Shown here: positions 63,497 through 64,000 of the stretch, in pieces
How the letters are laid out: the number at the start of each line of letters is the position of its first letter
How positions within the stretch are numbered: the first letter of the stretch is position 1
NCBI GenBank assembly: GCA_013239625.1
Contig: MU056000.1
Location: forward strand, 11,235,175 to 11,299,174
From: Lama guanicoe
Lineage: Eukaryota
Length of the DNA stretch: 64,000 nucleotides
Reading direction: 5' to 3'
The notes under the pieces: model-generated
Databases searched by the model: none
Told to the model about the DNA's origin: nothing
Seen by the model: the letters and a program-made list of their open reading frames with translations, nothing else
Program-made: the position numbers and the translations under genes

Positions 63497-64000
63497 AATA
63501 AATGTGTAACGCTTGGGAAGAAAAGTGTAAATGTCACGTCAAACAAGCATGGCTTATGGCATGTGTTTGTTACCAGAGTCATTTTGTCTCCCGTGGTCTT
63601 TGTTACTTAGGAGGGGCCAGGCTTCCCCTCCTTGGATGAGCAGTCACGCGGATCCAGACTTGTCAGTCACTCTGAGATAAGATGCATGGACAACCTTAGT
63701 TCACTTACTCAATTGTCGGGGCCTTAGAATGATGAAGGGTCCAACCTAATGGAAGTTGGGTTACCCCCTCCCCCAATTGGGGTGTGGCAGGTGGAGGAAG
63801 CAGAGTTTGTTGGTTTCTTCTCTCTAACAACCTCTCCTTTGCTAACTTGGGATTCTGAGACCTACAGGGTGGGAGTGGGGAAAGGCAAGGGGACAAAAGG
63901 GATGCTGATGGTTGCCTCAGTGACATCACTGTCCCTCTTGTCTGGACTTAGCAGAAATCCAAAGCTGACTCTTTCTCTTGTCTCCACCCTCCTTCCTTTT

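Noticed and set aside
63867..63892. G-quadruplex-like motif GGG-T-GGG-AGT-GGGG-N8-GGGG
   Set aside because: Long last loop and common in mammalian DNA, with no supporting context.
1352..63929. The many 60-165 aa ORFs in the six-frame track as host genes
   Set aside because: Apart from L1 ORF2 remnants they are short, often use non-ATG starts, have composition-driven peptides or overlap repeats, and show no recognisable domains.
1..64000. CRISPR array, prophage, non-retroviral endogenous viral element, NUMT or processed pseudogene
   Set aside because: No regularly spaced repeat-spacer structure and no recognisable viral, mitochondrial or cellular coding sequence. Highly decayed cases cannot be excluded without a translated database search.

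Overview
This is mammalian, almost certainly camelid (alpaca/llama/camel), non-coding genomic DNA. The diagnostic element is a tRNA-Ala-derived vic-1-type SINE at ~31.3 kb, together with camelid/artiodactyl-type L1 3' ends. I recognise no host protein-coding exon, RNA gene, CRISPR array or prokaryote-type system, and the only ORFs with clear homology are broken LINE-1 ORF2 remnants (41.7-45.4 kb). The window is a mosaic of interspersed repeats (L1 of several ages, L2, MIR, MaLR/ERVL LTRs, one intact ERV1-class solo LTR, MER20/MER58A/MER63/Tigger1 DNA transposons) and microsatellites. Between them lie repeat-free stretches, a few CpG- and motif-enriched, that look like candidate enhancers or promoters. 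A strong minus-strand bias of L1s and LTRs suggests a long intron of a + strand gene, which I cannot name. I cannot support a novel biological system. The best leads are a solo LTR with a perfect NRF2/MAF ARE plus TATA and polyA signals, a possible L1 3' transduction, a twin-primed L1, a TSD-less L1 junction, and several candidate cis-regulatory or exon-like elements. Repeat family names come from recalled consensus motifs, and boundaries of old repeats are approximate.
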